Part shown: piece after piece, positions 25,001-39,577 of the stretch
Layout of the letters: each line of letters begins with the position of its first letter
How positions within the stretch are numbered: the stretch's first letter is position 1
Notes under the pieces: model-generated
Told to the model about the DNA's origin: nothing
Seen by the model: the letters and a program-made list of their open reading frames with translations, nothing else
The model's database searches: none
NCBI GenBank assembly: GCA_964016885.1
Contig: OZ024748.1
Location: forward strand, 25,730,001-25,794,000
Reading direction: 5' to 3'
Origin: Eledone cirrhosa
Lineage: Eukaryota
DNA length: 64,000 nucleotides
Program-made: the position numbers and the translations under genes

Positions 25001-27819
25001 TACAGATTTATAACACAAAAGAAAACTGACAGTTTCTACAAAACAACTTGTTGTAAGCCACACATCAAAATATAGTATAGATGTAAATATTGATTTGTAA
25101 CAGCAAAAATTTAAAAAAAAATGATTTTCATCTGTAAAAAAGCAGTTAATAGTCTGAAAATTTATAATTTTACTGCTAACTCATCTGAGACATGTAAAAA
25201 TTTGTATTCACCGATAATACTTCCAACTGAGACAGTATAAAACTTCTTAGAAATTGTAATCCTCCTTTCTATTGGAAGTAAGATATTTTGTAAACTACTT
25301 TTAGATTTTATATATCAATGTCTACCCTTCTATTCTTATCTAGTATCATTTTCAATTTCCTTAACTTATTTTTATACAACATAAGTTCTTTTAAATGAAC
25401 CAGTAAGATATTTTTCAACTTTTTTTTTTAATTCTTCATACAGATGAAAACTGTTTACAAAATAGCAGGCATAAAATGGTGATGAAGTTAGCTGAGCTTT
25501 GCACAATAGAATCCATTCTAATGCTACCATAAAGAATTATGACTGTACACTTTTGTTGATGAGATGTAGTAAAATGAGATCTTAAGTAATTATTCTTAGA
25601 GAATGTATTTGGGCAAGATGTGTCTCCCAGCCCATCCGAGTGGTCAGTAATGCTGACTGAGTATTAGCCTAGTCCTTGATGACACATCCGTCTCTTGCTA
25701 GTAGGAAAAGATGGACATTAAATGATGATGATAATATCAATTGGTCATTTCAGTATAAAATGGTTCTCTACCACACTGACTGTGTTGGATCAATGAAAAC
25801 ATTTATAAATGATTTTTAAAAATAGTGCACTTATTCTACTACTTTATGTTTGACATTAATTCAATCAAATAAAAAACAACAGAACTATTTATAAGAAACT
25901 ACTTCTTTACCATCAATAATAATGATAATTATAATAATAACAACAATAATAATTTCTCTTAATTATTTTATTTGAATCTTTTAATTATTTTTTTTCATTT
26001 TATCTTTTGAATTTTTCTTTTATTTAAAATGTAAATCCATCTCGAAATAAAGATCAATGCTCATAAAAAAAAGTAATGATTTTAAGATTAACACATTTAT
26101 TTTACTTACAAGTCAGTTGTATAATCATTGTAGAAATATGGGAAGTATGTAATTGTGTTGTAATAAGTTGTACAGACATATTGAAATTTAAAAACTAGTC
26201 AAGTTGTAGAGGAATAATTTCAAGTAAATTCAGTTGAAATAAATAAATAAATAAATGTATATATGTATGTATGTATATGCATGCACGTGTGTGTATATGT
26301 GTATGTATGTAAGCTGCTAATGGAAGAGCCAAATACAATTTGATAGTTAGCAGGAGAAGGTCAATGTTACATTGATCTGCTGCTAACTGCCAACAAAATA
26401 TGTTAAGAGAAACATAGAAACAGAGAAATTATTTGATTAAGTCAAGAGATTATAGAATAAAATCAGGAGTTTACTGATAATTTAAAAGACATGTCAGCTT
26501 GAACAAAGATGTTCAACGGAGATCAACAACATTTTAAAGTATTTCTAAGAGAAACTATATATAAATGTCAATAGAAACAAACAACAAATTGAATTATATA
26601 ACAGACTATTTGATAAACAATCCACAAAAAATATATTTTGGAACAGGAAGCTGCTGTAGAGGAAGACCTAGGCGAAGTTGGTGAGAGATGATCTCAAATG
26701 GTTGAAGCTCACAGAGGAGATGAAGAAGGAACACGTTGAGTAGAGGGAAGATATGTTGGAAATGACCCATCCAACCCATGCAAGCATTGAAAAAAAACAG
26801 GTGTAAAAAGAATTATGACGATGATGATAACAAAATATTTAAGGTTTGATGGAAAATAGAGGTTGTATATTTTTTAACCATTAAGTCAAAATATGTGTAA
26901 TTAATTAGTTAAATATAGTTTGATTACTTAGTTAAATATAGTTTAAAGATTAAACAGAATATAAAGATCTCAGGACCAAACTATGAATAGCTTTACCTAC
27001 TTTCCAAATTAAATAATACAGATCAAATGTCAACTTATAAATAGAAACTTTGTTATCTTATAAAGTCATAACTATAAAACTGAAACTATTGTAACATCTA
27101 AAATTAACTTTTTTTAAATACAATCCAATGATGACTACAAAATCCAATGATGACTACAAAAAAAATATTACAAATAAAACAACATAAGCTCTCTTTTATA
27201 TTTAACAATTATATAGATAATTGTACTTTAGATTTGAACATTTAACACTTAACATCCTGTAATGATTTAGCAGGAAATATAAAAAAGCAGGTTTGTTAAT
27301 TCATAGGTTCGTTAGTGGCATCTTTAACTAGTGGACAGATTGTGAAAATTTGCAGTAAACTAAAAGTAAAGACTTAAATTTTTAATAGTGTTGTTTTGTA
27401 TTTTTCAAGAATCTCTTGCTAATGTGATTTCATGTAGTACAACATGTTAAGAGTTATTATTGTGAATTTTAATCAGCTATTCCATAAGAATTTTGAAAAA
27501 CTGAAAATTACTGGATCAATCAAGAGAATTTAAATTAATGCCTAATAGTGGGAAATAAGAGAATTGTTAAAATTAGTAGACAAGTGGTGAACAACAGATT
27601 CTATTTTGACTTGGTTAAATATTGTTGATTTATCATTCCATAATACACTGCTGTAGGCAGAAATTATTCCTTTTTCTATTTACAGATATTTCATGTTCAC
27701 ACTATTAACAACCATAATATTGATTTATGACATTGTCACAAGGGTAGGGGTAGGAAACAGTTGATTAAGTCAACTTTGGTAAATTACAGCTACCTAGTTT
27801 ATTGAAATGAAATTTACAG

Positions 27820-28139
27820 CTCACAACTATGTAGGTTTAACTGGCCTCCTACAAGATTGTATCTCATAGGCAGTTTCTTGAGTGTTTTAATGATAGGGAC
27901 CTCAATCCTGTCATTTTGTTGTTACAGCTCACACTTGTGTAGGTTTAAGTAGTCTCTTACAAGGTTATATCTCACAGAAGGTTTCATGGGTGTTTTAATG
28001 ACAGGGACCCAGTCCTATCATGAAAAGTAATGTGAAATGAAGCATTTTACTTGAGAACACAACACATCAGCCAGTTCAAGAATTGACCCCTCAACCATAT
28101 GATCGTGATAACACCCTAACCACAAGGCCACACACCTTC
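27820..28139 (-). mobile_element. tRNA-head/CORE-like SINE with duplicated tail type b
   Basis: Head at 28139-28030(-), then a GATAGGACTGGGTCCCTGTC hairpin and a ~120-bp tail present twice. The same tail is tandemly repeated at ~11040-11310. Confidence 0.6.
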
Positions 28140-28334
28140 ACAAGTTTATTGGTCAAAGAAAGCTGAAAAGCAGAGTAGACTATGGTGGATTTTAACTAAG
28201 AAAGCAAAGTGATGTACCTAAATGTCATGTACTATGTTTCTTATCACTCTACTAAATCTACTGTATACCAACCCAACTACAAAGTATCTATCTACACTTC
28301 AAATGCCATGTACTATGTTGTTTAGTACTCTACT

Positions 28335-29167
28335 GTCTGTCGTATGGGTCCATGCAAGCAATCCTAACATCTGAATTGAACATGCAGTGTGTCACTGCCA
28401 AATTTGTCTCCTGCCTGCTGACCACTAAGCAGAAAGAACATTGTGTCGAAGTCTGTCAAGATTTCCATCAGTGTGCCACTGATGACCCATCCTTCATGTT
28501 GAGGATCATCTCCAGTAATGAGAGTTGAGTATGACCCTGAGACAAAGCAGCAGTCGACACAATGGAAAAGCCCTTCATCTCCATAACCGAAAAAGGCACG
28601 ACAGAGCTGCAGCTCAATTAAGAGCATGCTCGTCGTTTTTTTCAACATCCGTGGTATTGTGCATCGAGAATTCATCCCCCAGGGTCAGACCATCAATCGA
28701 GAGTTCTACTGCAACATTTTGAGGCATTTGAGGGAGGATGTTTAGCAAAAGCAACTTGATCTATGGAATGTGAAGAATTATATTCTTCACGACAACAATA
28801 CACCCTATCACCGAGCTCTCCTCACTCATAAGTTTCTTGCCCAAAACAACGTTGTATCGCTTCCGCAACCGCCCTATTCACCAAATTTAGAACCTGTGGA
28901 CTTCCATCTCTTCTTCAAGCTGAAGATGCAGCTCAAAGGTTGCCATTTTAACACCATTGTAGAGATCTAGAGTGAATCACAGAGGGTCCTCAACTCGCAT
29001 ACGGAAAACAACTTCCAGGCCGGATTCCAAAAGTAGCAGGAACATTGAGATCGGTGTATTGCTGCACAAGATTACTATTTCAAAGATGATGATGTTAAAA
29101 CTGAGGTAAATATATATATATTTTTTAAAACATAACTAGTCCGGGAACTTTTTGATACCATCTCATA
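28335..29167 (+). mobile_element. 5'-truncated mariner (DD34D) transposase pseudogene with 3' TIR
   Basis: Peptides YDPETKQQSTQW, KSMLVVFFNIRGIVHREFIPQGQTIN, ILHDNN and PPYSPNLEPVDFHLF, with stops and frameshifts. TIR-like AGTCCGGGAACTTTTTGATACCATCTCA plus TA at ~29138-29167. Confidence 0.92.
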
Positions 29168-30216
29168 GAACAAACTTTGTGAAAGGGTGTAGTGTGTTTT
29201 GAGTTCTTAACTCTTAACATTCGGTAATGATTTAACAGAAAATATCTAAATATCAAATTCAGGTGTTTATAGTATCTTTACTTGTGAAAATTTGCTGTAT
29301 TAGAATGAAGGTCTTAATTTTTAATGTGATACAGTCATCGTGTTGTTTCATACTTTTCAAAAATGTAATATGTAATGTTAGTGTTGTTTTGCACTTTTTC
29401 ATGAATGCCTGGCTAATGGAGCTTCTTGCAGTACAGACTGTTAAGAATTAAGCAGCTTAGTTACTAAACTTGAATTGTATATACTAAATTTGCCAAACTG
29501 TGTAGTAGCACTGCTTGTTAGAAGGCACAGATGTTTAAAACATTACACCCTTGGTGAGGTGGCCTATTTGGTGACAAACCCACCAAGGCCACTAGAATTG
29601 GTTAATTATAGATATTGAATAGTGGTTACCATGAACAATCCCTGAGCGGTGGTTTCTTCCTCCATTTCTCACCACACACCCACCATCACCAGTCTGAGAT
29701 GTTTTGCAAAGGTCATTGGTGCTGCATTTCCTCATTTGACTAAGCCATAACTTTTTTTTTTTCTTTTAAAGCTACATTTCGTAGGTGTTAGGTTTAAAAC
29801 ATGTCATAAACAGTATATTCTGCCTTTCCTAGTTCAAAGCTATCTAACTACTAATTTTCATGTTAGAAATGTGATTTGGCAGTAAAACTCTTTTGTTCGG
29901 AGAACATATGGGAAAAAAAAGTGCAATGCCCTCTGATTTTCCTTTTATGTTACATTATTCAATACAGATGTCTTTTGTTAATTATCATGAAAATAATTTT
30001 AGAAAACATTGTTTAAAAGTTATTATTAAAGTTACAGAAAGCCAAATGAAATATGTTTCATATCAATATCTAGTTAAACATCTGCTTGAATCCCTTTATA
30101 ATCACAGTTTATATGTTGCACTATTCATAAAACTAATATCTGGGGAGAGGAACTTTCGATTAACTTCAATAATGTTGGTTTCTACTCAGCTGTTTTCAAT
30201 CCAATGTAGTATAGGT

Positions 30217-30332
30217 CCTCAGAAACTATGGAGTTTCAGCAACTATGGAAGCTCAGACACTATAGATCCTCAGTAACTATGGAAGCTCAGCAACTATGAA
30301 AGCTCAGAAACTATGGAACCCCAGCAACTATG
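30217..30332. repeat. 17-bp minisatellite, about 7 copies
   Basis: Unit CTCAGCAACTATGGAAG. Confidence 0.85.
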
Positions 30333-32693
30333 CTTCAATAATGTAGCCAAATATTTAACTCTTAACATCCAGCAACAATTCAGCAAAAAATATCTAATAA
30401 CAGATTTGTTAATTCAAATGTTAATAGTATCATGAAAATATGTAGCATTAATGTAAACACTATAGTTTTCAATGTGAAGCAGTCATAGTGCTGTTTTTGT
30501 GATTTTCAAGAATATCTTGCTAAAGTGGCTTTAAGTGGTACAGGATGTTAAGAGTAATTTATAATACAATATTATATTAAAATGTAATTGTTGATAGATA
30601 CAATATTTAACATGAGAATATGGTGATGAAAACTGATCATTATTTTAGTTTTCCTGGTATTTTTAACACTTAACAACCTGAAATGATTTAGCAGAAAACA
30701 TATAAAGGGTTTGTTAATTTAAATATCAATAGCATCTTTACTAGTGGACAGATTGTTGTGAAAATTTCCAGTGTTAGAATAATGACTTTAGTTTTTAATG
30801 TGATGCACCCATAAAGAATTCATGAAATACATTAAGTGGTGCCACAATAAAATACACCGACTACATTATATGAAATGGTTAGTGTTAAGAAGGACATACA
30901 GCCATAGGAACCATGCCAGAACAAGATGTGGTCATCTGACCTGTCTCAGAAGAACACTTCAACCCCTCCAAGTCAAGCCAGCATAGAAAACATGTAAAAC
31001 AGTGATAACGATTATGCTGATGCTGTCTTAGTGTTGTTTGTACTTTCAGGGATGTCTTGCTAATACAGTGATTTCATTTTATACAGGATCATCATCATCA
31101 TCATCATTTTAACATCCGTTTTCCCTGCTAGTAAGTGTTGGACAGGTCCACATAGAACAAGTCAGTACTGAAGTGGGGTTACAGACCTCCCAGACATTCC
31201 AGGAGTGTCTGTTATCTCATTTATATACAAACAACATTTTACTCACTTCTTCACTCTACCAATTCTGTAGTGTCATCCTAACCCTCTATCTACCAATAAA
31301 CTATTCATTCTACACACTTATGTCAATGTCCCCATTTTCCATGTCTACTCAATCACAATAATTACTGTCCCCATCAAATATTTACTAAAGATCATTCTAT
31401 ATCATAGCAAATACTTATAATTTGAAAGATGCCTTTTTCCCAATACCACATATTTTGTTCTGATGTTGTCATATAAACTGAACTGCTCCCTATCTTTTAC
31501 TCCCTCAATTTGAAATACTTATCATAGTAGATAATTCTAATTATCTTACCTTCTAGTTAGGGGAAAACTGATACCTACATATCTATCTGTAAATAGAAAT
31601 CCTTGTTAATCCCTTTCATCCATATCTTCCTGACTTTTTAAAATCCTTCAGTTCTTCATTTTCATTGAAGTTGCTCCATCATAAAATTACCAACCTACTT
31701 ACAAACATGAATCCCAGATACAAAACCTAACCTACTTATAACTAAAATTTCACTGATTTATTTATCCCTTACTATATTTTCAAAGATTTGTCTCAATAAA
31801 GTTCTACTACAAATTATTCTATAAAAAAATTACTGATAAATATCTACATTTATGTGTATATATGTGTGTGTTTATATATATAATGTGTGTGCATATGTGT
31901 GTTTGTCTGTGCTGGTTCCACAATAAACTACACTCAGTTCACTCTGTAAAGTGGTAGTGCTGGTACCACAATAAAATGCACTCTGAACGTGCTGTAAAGT
32001 GGCTGGCATTAGGGAAGGCATCCAGCAGTAGAGATCATTCCAAAATGGAACATATGAATGAGATGTGGTCATCTGGTTTGTCATAGACTTAGAACATTGC
32101 AATCCATTCAACCCATGCTAGCATGGAAAACAGACATAAAATGATACTTTTGGCACAAGACCAGCAATTATCCCAGTGTATTGCTGGTACTTTATTTTAT
32201 CGACCCCGAAAGGATGAAAGGCAAAGTTAACCTTGGCGGGATAATAATGGTGATACGATTTCTGAAATATTCTAATATTTAGTTAAATCTTCAACTCTTT
32301 CTACTGTTTTCAGTCTTTTAAAACTTTAAATGGTAAAGCCCCAGCATGGCCTTAGCCAGTCGGCTGGAACAGGTAAAAAAGTAGATGTGATTGAATTTAC
32401 TCATAACACTTCGCAACATCAGGTAATTTTTCTATTTGATTTTTAAAGAATTATACAATAATCAATAATACAATAATCAAAATTGTTCTGGGCTCAATTT
32501 GAAAATATGGCAGAAAAAATATTTCAATAAGAAAAATATAACTTTGTGCAGTTAGTGAATATATGATGCCCAACCCCAGCTAATAGGAAAAATAGACATT
32601 AAATGATGATGACGATGATGAACAATGGTGGTGGTGACAATAGTGGTGATTAGAAAGAAGAAACAGAAAGCTTGTGTTATCTATTTAAATAAT

Positions 32694-32881
32694 TGTTTCT
32701 ACTTTTGGCACAAGGCCAGCAATTATCCCAGTGTATTACTGGTACTTTATTTTATTGACCCCGTAAGGATGAAAGGCAAAGTTAACCTTGGCGGGATTTG
32801 AACTCAGACCATAAAGGGCCATAACTCTGTGCTGCAAAGCATGGCGTCCGACCCTCTACCGATACTGCCAATTCACCTCCT
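32694..32881 (-). mobile_element. Full-length family-A SINE
   Basis: Same head and body as 1667-1851. TSD TATTTAAATAAT at 32682-32693 and 32882-32893. Confidence 0.88.
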
Positions 32882-35800
32882 TATTTAAATAATATGCTGT
32901 TAACAGAATAAAGAATTTGTGAAATGCATTAATCTATATGATTGATAAACTAGATAGTGTTAACCCTCAAGATGCTAAACTGCCTGAAACTGTCCATTAC
33001 TAAGTTGATGTTTGGAACATAACTTTACATAGGTTCTTATATAAAATTATGATGGAAGGTTTTCAGATAAATATAAACACTTTAACTCTTTCATTACCGT
33101 CTTTCTCATGAAAAACATTTTTAGATCATTTTGAAATTAATCACGAATGTGGAGAGATTAGTAATACAACTAACTTTCTCATTAAGTTGGTGTTTGGAAC
33201 ATAACTTCACAAAGATTCTTACATAAAATTATAATCGAAAATTTTAAAATAAATATAAACATTTTAAAAGAAACGGTTTTGTATCATAGAACAAAGTGTT
33301 TGGAACATGACTTAACAAAGGTTCTTTCATAAAATTATGATGGAAGGTTTCAGATAAATATAAACACTTTAAAAGAAAGTTTTGTAGCATAGAACCAGGA
33401 GTGTTTGGAAACAAAGGTTCTTTCATAAAATTATAATGGAAGGTTTTTAGATAAATATAAACACATTAAAAGAAAGTTTTGTATTGTAGAATCTGCAGTG
33501 GTTTCGGGTAGTTTGGTGTCAAAAGAGTTAAAGATAACAATATTTCAAATTTAAAGTTTAGTGGCTAACTAATTAAAGTTCTCAACAAATGACAGAAATG
33601 ATATCAATCGATTAATTAATCTATATAGTTTAGCTAAAAATATATAATACTTCCCACATCAACTTTTAAATAATTAGTGACATGGAACACTGCCAATACA
33701 AATAAACTTTTCAGAAGCCACTTATTCACCCACCCACTCATTCATTCACTCACCTACCCACTCACTTATTCATTCACCCACCCACTCACTCGAAATCCTT
33801 CACTCACCCACTCACCCACCCACATATACTAATATACAACAAGCCAAGACAAATATGTGATAAGACACATAAGATAGGCATAAGAGATGTGAAGTTGAGA
33901 GATAAAAGGAGCTATCAACATCATCATGATCATTTTACATCTGTCTTTCATGCTAGCATGGGTTGGATGTGTTTGTTACAGTTCAAGAGTAGGCAGATCA
34001 AAGTGACCTATCTGGTCTCATATATGGTATAGTTTCTATGAATGCCATTCCTAATGCCAATCACTTTACAGAGTATACTGAGAATATTTTTTGTGGTACC
34101 AACACTAACATTTTACAGAGTGTACTGGGTGCATTTATTACGGCACCAACACTACTGTCTCTGTTAGATGACCAATACATTTTAAATAACATCACAGCTG
34201 ATAAAAGATGACTGGAATGATGCCTATAATAATAGATAATGAAATGATGACTATGAGATACATGGAATGACAACTGTAATGATATCTGGAATGATGTCTA
34301 TAATGACAAACAGAATCTACATAAAATCATACTTATAATAATGATTCTTAATTTAGGCACAAGGCCAGTAATTGTTGGTGTGGAGAAGAAGCTGAAAGCC
34401 AAATCAATTCCAATACTTGACTGATACTTTATTTTATTGAGCCTGGAAGGATGAAAGATAAAGTTGACTTTAACAGGATTTGAACTCAGAAGTTAAACAG
34501 CACAAGGCCATTTGTCTGATGCTCTATTCTGCCAGTAATAGTAGTGTGTAAAACAGACTCAATCAGATTCAACAAATTTAATAGTCTAAAACAGGAAATG
34601 CAAGCTCCGATAATTATGGATTTAATCTTGCCAATTTATCAGATTTGTAACCTAAAGAAGCTGTTATATTACAAAAAAAATTCTTTCAGATGTTACCAAT
34701 GTTGCTTTAAGGATTGGTACTCACAATAAAACAGGATGTTGGCTACACTTTCCAAGTAAAGAATAACTTCAGAAATAACAGTTGAAACCATATTAACATT
34801 TTAGAGAAATATAATATATATTATATAATGCATTAGGTGAAAAATATCACATATATTATATAATGCATTAGCCGAAAAATATCATATATATATTATATAT
34901 ATATGATATTTTTAGGCTAATGTATTAGGTAAAAAACATTATTTATATAATATATAACACATTAGCTGAGAAATATATTTATTAGTAATTTCTAATCAGT
35001 AAAATATATATACAACATGTGAATATAATTTTTTTTAATCAATCAATATCTATATCAGAGAAATATGCAGATATGGAGTTATATTGAAAAACAATACAAA
35101 ATATTCTAAAACATTCTCAAAAGTCCATTTACATATATCACCATTCATATCATGAAAGCCAAATACAGTATAACTATAGATGAACTTCACAACTATATAT
35201 ATGATATAATAACAAATTTATGTCATGAACCTAAGTAAGTGTTAATACAGACAATGTACAATGTATACTGATAAATAATTAGCAGCAGCACTAACATAGC
35301 GTGATTCATAACAGAGGTGTACATGAAATTATATACAAAATGTTTATGTATAATAAACATACATAAGTCTCACTGTGAGTATTTTTAGTATGAGTTCATA
35401 AATACCTCTTATTTGTAAAATAAGTCACAGGTTTTACTCAGAAAAAAAAGGTGCAAAAAACCACATACTTACTAAACCTTACTGAGGGTTTGAAATGTAC
35501 AGCGCGCACACACTCGGAGAGTCTATATGAATATCAGTGCTAAATCAATTTATGAATATTCCAGCTGTAGAAATTATGCCAGAAAATGACAGAGTCTTCT
35601 TCCATTATGTCAAGAACACAACCTATCTTATGTTGGTGTCACAATAAAATACACCCTGTAAACTCAGTAAAGTTGTTGGGGATATGAAAGGTATCCAGTC
35701 ATAGAAAACTTGCTAAAACACAGGGTAGGTAGGATTCTTCAGTTGTGCAAAAGATATAGTGACCTCCCTAGTGCTGGTGCCACAATGAAATGTATGATGT

Positions 35801-36007
35801 GCTATGTAGTGTGTAAGATCAGTGAATCCGATTAAATATTGACATGGTCTGTGACAACCCAACCAACTGTTGCTAGCAAGAACAATAGACATTAAATGAT
35901 GATGATGATGATGTAAACAAATATATGTTGATGACATCTTACACAAAGAAGAGAATTTAATTCTGCTACAAGACACATGTACCAGTGACAATATGCAGTC
36001 TGATGAA

Positions 36008-37180
36008 TCATCATCATCATTTTAGGTCTGCTCTCACCACCTCCGCCCATGTTTTTCATGGTCTTCTTCTACTGTGTCGTCCTTCTACTGGGATTTCTTG
36101 GCACTTCTTTACCCAGCGGTCATCCTCCATGCACATCACATGTCTATACCATCTCAATCATCTCTCCCGCATGCCACAACTTATCCCTCTTATACACAGT
36201 TTCTCTCTCAACTCAGCTATGCTTGGTCGTTCACGCACATTGACATTGCACATCCAACGGAGCATGCCTGCTTCATTTCTCTCCAGCCATCGCATATCCT
36301 CTGTAGTTGCTGCCCATGTGTCACTACCATGCAGCATCGCGCATCTCACACAGGCATCATATAACCGGCCTTTCATACGCAGAGAGAAACCCTTCTTTGT
36401 CAATAGAGGAAGCAGCTCCCTAAACTTCTTCCAACCCGTCCTTATTCTAGATACTATGGCCTCGGAACACCCTCCTCCTATGCTAATCTGATCACCTAGG
36501 TATCGGAAGCTATCAACCACTTCTATAGAACCCACCTGCATTTGAAAAATGTGTCTATCACTGCAATTACTATTGTCAAATTTCCCTGTACGTCTACTGC
36601 ATACGTTGTTTTCCCTACCTGTTAGTTTGCCTGCTATCCCACTACATCTCTTGTATACATTTTATAGAATTTATGCTAGTTCCTTTTCTACATATCGAAC
36701 ATGGCCATTTCCCTGATGGAATCAGAATTTTGTCCTCTTTTCTACTAATCAACACTTTTGTCTTAGCTATGGATTCCAACTGCTGTTTCCATAGACAGAA
36801 TTTCTTCTCTAGCTCCACTACTGATTCTGCTATAAGAACCACATCGTCAGCATAGTCTTAACCTCCTCTGTTATGGCTTGGGGGACTATAATGAACAAGA
36901 GCGGGCTGAGGACCGAACCCTGATGTACTCCTACTTGTATCTGGAATTCCTCGCTAAACTCCATTCTTACTCTCACTTTACTTATAGCACCTCTGTACAT
37001 AGCTTGCACTGTCCTCACAAGCCATTCCTCTACACCTGGTTTCCTTAGGGACCACCAGATGACAGATCGGGGTACCCTATCAAAGGCCTTCTCTAGGTCA
37101 ACAAAAACTAAGTATAGTGGCTTATTCTTCTCTAAGAACCTCTCTTGTAGTTGTCTCACTAAGAAGAGGGCATCTGTTGT
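36008..37180 (-). mobile_element. RTE LINE reverse-transcriptase fragment (frameshifted, internally deleted)
   Basis: FVDLEKAFDRVPR, GVHQGSVLSPLLF, YADD(V) at ~36842-36856, KTKV, a Cys-rich insert, VDSFRYLG, GWKKFRELLPLL, and an (ATG)n tail. Confidence 0.95.
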
Positions 37181-38644
37181 ATATATATATGTTTGCTACA
37201 TGTACAAAATATGCACAATTCTCTACCAACCAGTTGTAATCCTAATGTCAAATGTTACATATGACACTGCAAAAAGCACCCAGCCCACACTGTAAATGTA
37301 GTTGGCATTAGGAAGGGCATCCAGCCATAGAAAATCAGCCAGAAACACTCCGATATAAGCAAGTCTAACCCATGCTAGCGTGGAAGATGGACGTTAATCG
37401 ATGATGATGATATACTGTCAGTTAATCAGTAGGAGTTATTAAACTGGTGTTTCAGATACAGCTTAATAAAGGTTTGTACATACAATTATGAAGGAAGGTT
37501 TTTTAGATAAATATTTTAAAACAAACTGTTTTATATCCTGGAAACAGGGACAGTTTCAGAGAGTTTAGTATAACAAGAGTTAAATGTTTAGCTCTTGAAC
37601 CAAAAGAAAAGGCATGTAAGTGGCTGCTCAACTTGCTAAAAATACTGTAGTATCAAAATTTCCTTCAAATCCCACCCTACCAGCTTAAACAAGGTAAGAT
37701 ACAGTGAAATAGAATACATGTGACTCTTAATATAACTCTAGATGCTAGAATAATTTTGTAAGTAAAAGAAATTGTTCATGTCTGAAAATAAAACTGGAAA
37801 GTCGAACAACATTTACTGAGGGCACCATATTCATGTTGTTAATCTTATGAAAGGAATAGATGGCTTATGAAGTGAATGCAGTCACAATAATGAAAGTCAA
37901 CTAAACTTTAGTCATAAATCAATTTTTCAATTTCTTTATTTCCAGGAAATTAGGGACATTCTGATAACTGATGCAAACAAATGTTTTAGTTTTTGATCAG
38001 TCGATAATAATTGCAATAGTAAATCATGTCCAATAATAACTTGTATTAAATTGTTTATAATCTATCAATACATTTGCTACTTGAACTATCAAACAATGAT
38101 ACTTGGTTGAAGCTAGAAAATTTAATTAATTGACAATAGTAAACAGAATTTTCCAAAAAGAAATCCTTCCAGTTTTTATTAATACTGAAAGGTTGTTGTT
38201 GTTTTTTTGTTTGTTTGTTTGTTTTTTGTCATATGCACATTTAAATACAGATATTTAAATTTAATCTTTGAAATTAGAAGAACAAAAGAAAATAACAAAT
38301 GCATAGAAGTGTGTAATGATAAATCTAAAATGCATGCAGACAATAGAAAATCAAAATTAAATAGAAGACAAGTGACTTTCAGTATAGATGCTAGAATAAT
38401 TTCTAAATAAAACCAATTGTACAGACCAATTATTAACTACAGACCATACAAATTAGAATAATTTGCTAATTAGTTACTAAATGCCCAGATTAAATTACAC
38501 AGCAGAATTAGTAGAAAAACCAGATACTCAAGTAAGGAATTTAAGAAGTTTCTGAGGTTAATTACAAATTGAAACAACTAATTTCAATAAATTTTCACAA
38601 AAGCAATTAAAGTTTTAGTAAACAGGAGATATGATAGGACTCTG

Positions 38645-39215
38645 ATAATGGCCATGCTTGGTAGAAGAAACTCCATACTATGTAGCTACTAGTATGAACA
38701 GTGAACACACAAGAGATGTAGTGGGATCACAGGTAGGTTGTCAGGGAAGGTAGACTTCATATGTGACAGATACACACAGTAGTCAGCAGTAAGGGTACTC
38801 ATGGAATAAAAGGTACAAACAGGAGTAGTCAGCAGTAAGGGTACTCATGAAATAAACTACCTCTCAAATGTTCAGAAGGTTCACTAGAAATAGTAGAAAG
38901 CTTTCACTATCTAGGTGACCTCATTAGAAATGGAGGTGGATATACTGAATGTGTTGTTATCAGAGTGAGAACAGAGTGGAAGATATTCAAGGAGCTGCTA
39001 CCTCTGCTGCCAACAAAAGGCTTTTCTTTCAGAGTGAAGGGCAGATTATATGATACCTATATTTGAACTACTATGCTGCATGGCAGCAAGTCATGGTCCA
39101 AATGCAGAAGATTTGCAGCAGTTAAAAAGAAATGAAGTATGCATGCTTCACTGGTTGTATAATGTTAGTGTATATGGCTGACAGGAGAAAAGCTAAAAAT
39201 AAGAGGAATTGAATG
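38645..39215 (+). mobile_element. Decayed RTE LINE fragment (Cys-rich insert plus post-RT region)
   Basis: WPC, *THKRCSGITGRL, SLEIVESFHYLGD and WKIFKELLPLL peptides. Confidence 0.85.
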
Positions 39216-39577
39216 TAGATCATACCAACCAGATATTCTTTTGTCAAACCATTAAATTATGGGGTATAAACACAGACACAAGTGTATACACAGATACACA
39301 TAAAATATATATGTGTGCATGCATGTGTGTGTTTAACAATGAAAACAAAAGGGGAAGTTTAGTGCTTAATCAGTTCATTGTTTTACGATCGTTTCAGAAG
39401 GTTGATTGATTATAATAAATCAATGTAGTGACTAATTAACAGTAATTATGTAACTCCACATTATTAGTCTCGGTACTATAGATCCATCTCACTGTCTTCG
39501 TCATATATATATATGTCCCAAGGCTCTGATACCATCAACACTATAAACACAGAGCTGGCATATCTAAGAACTGACTA

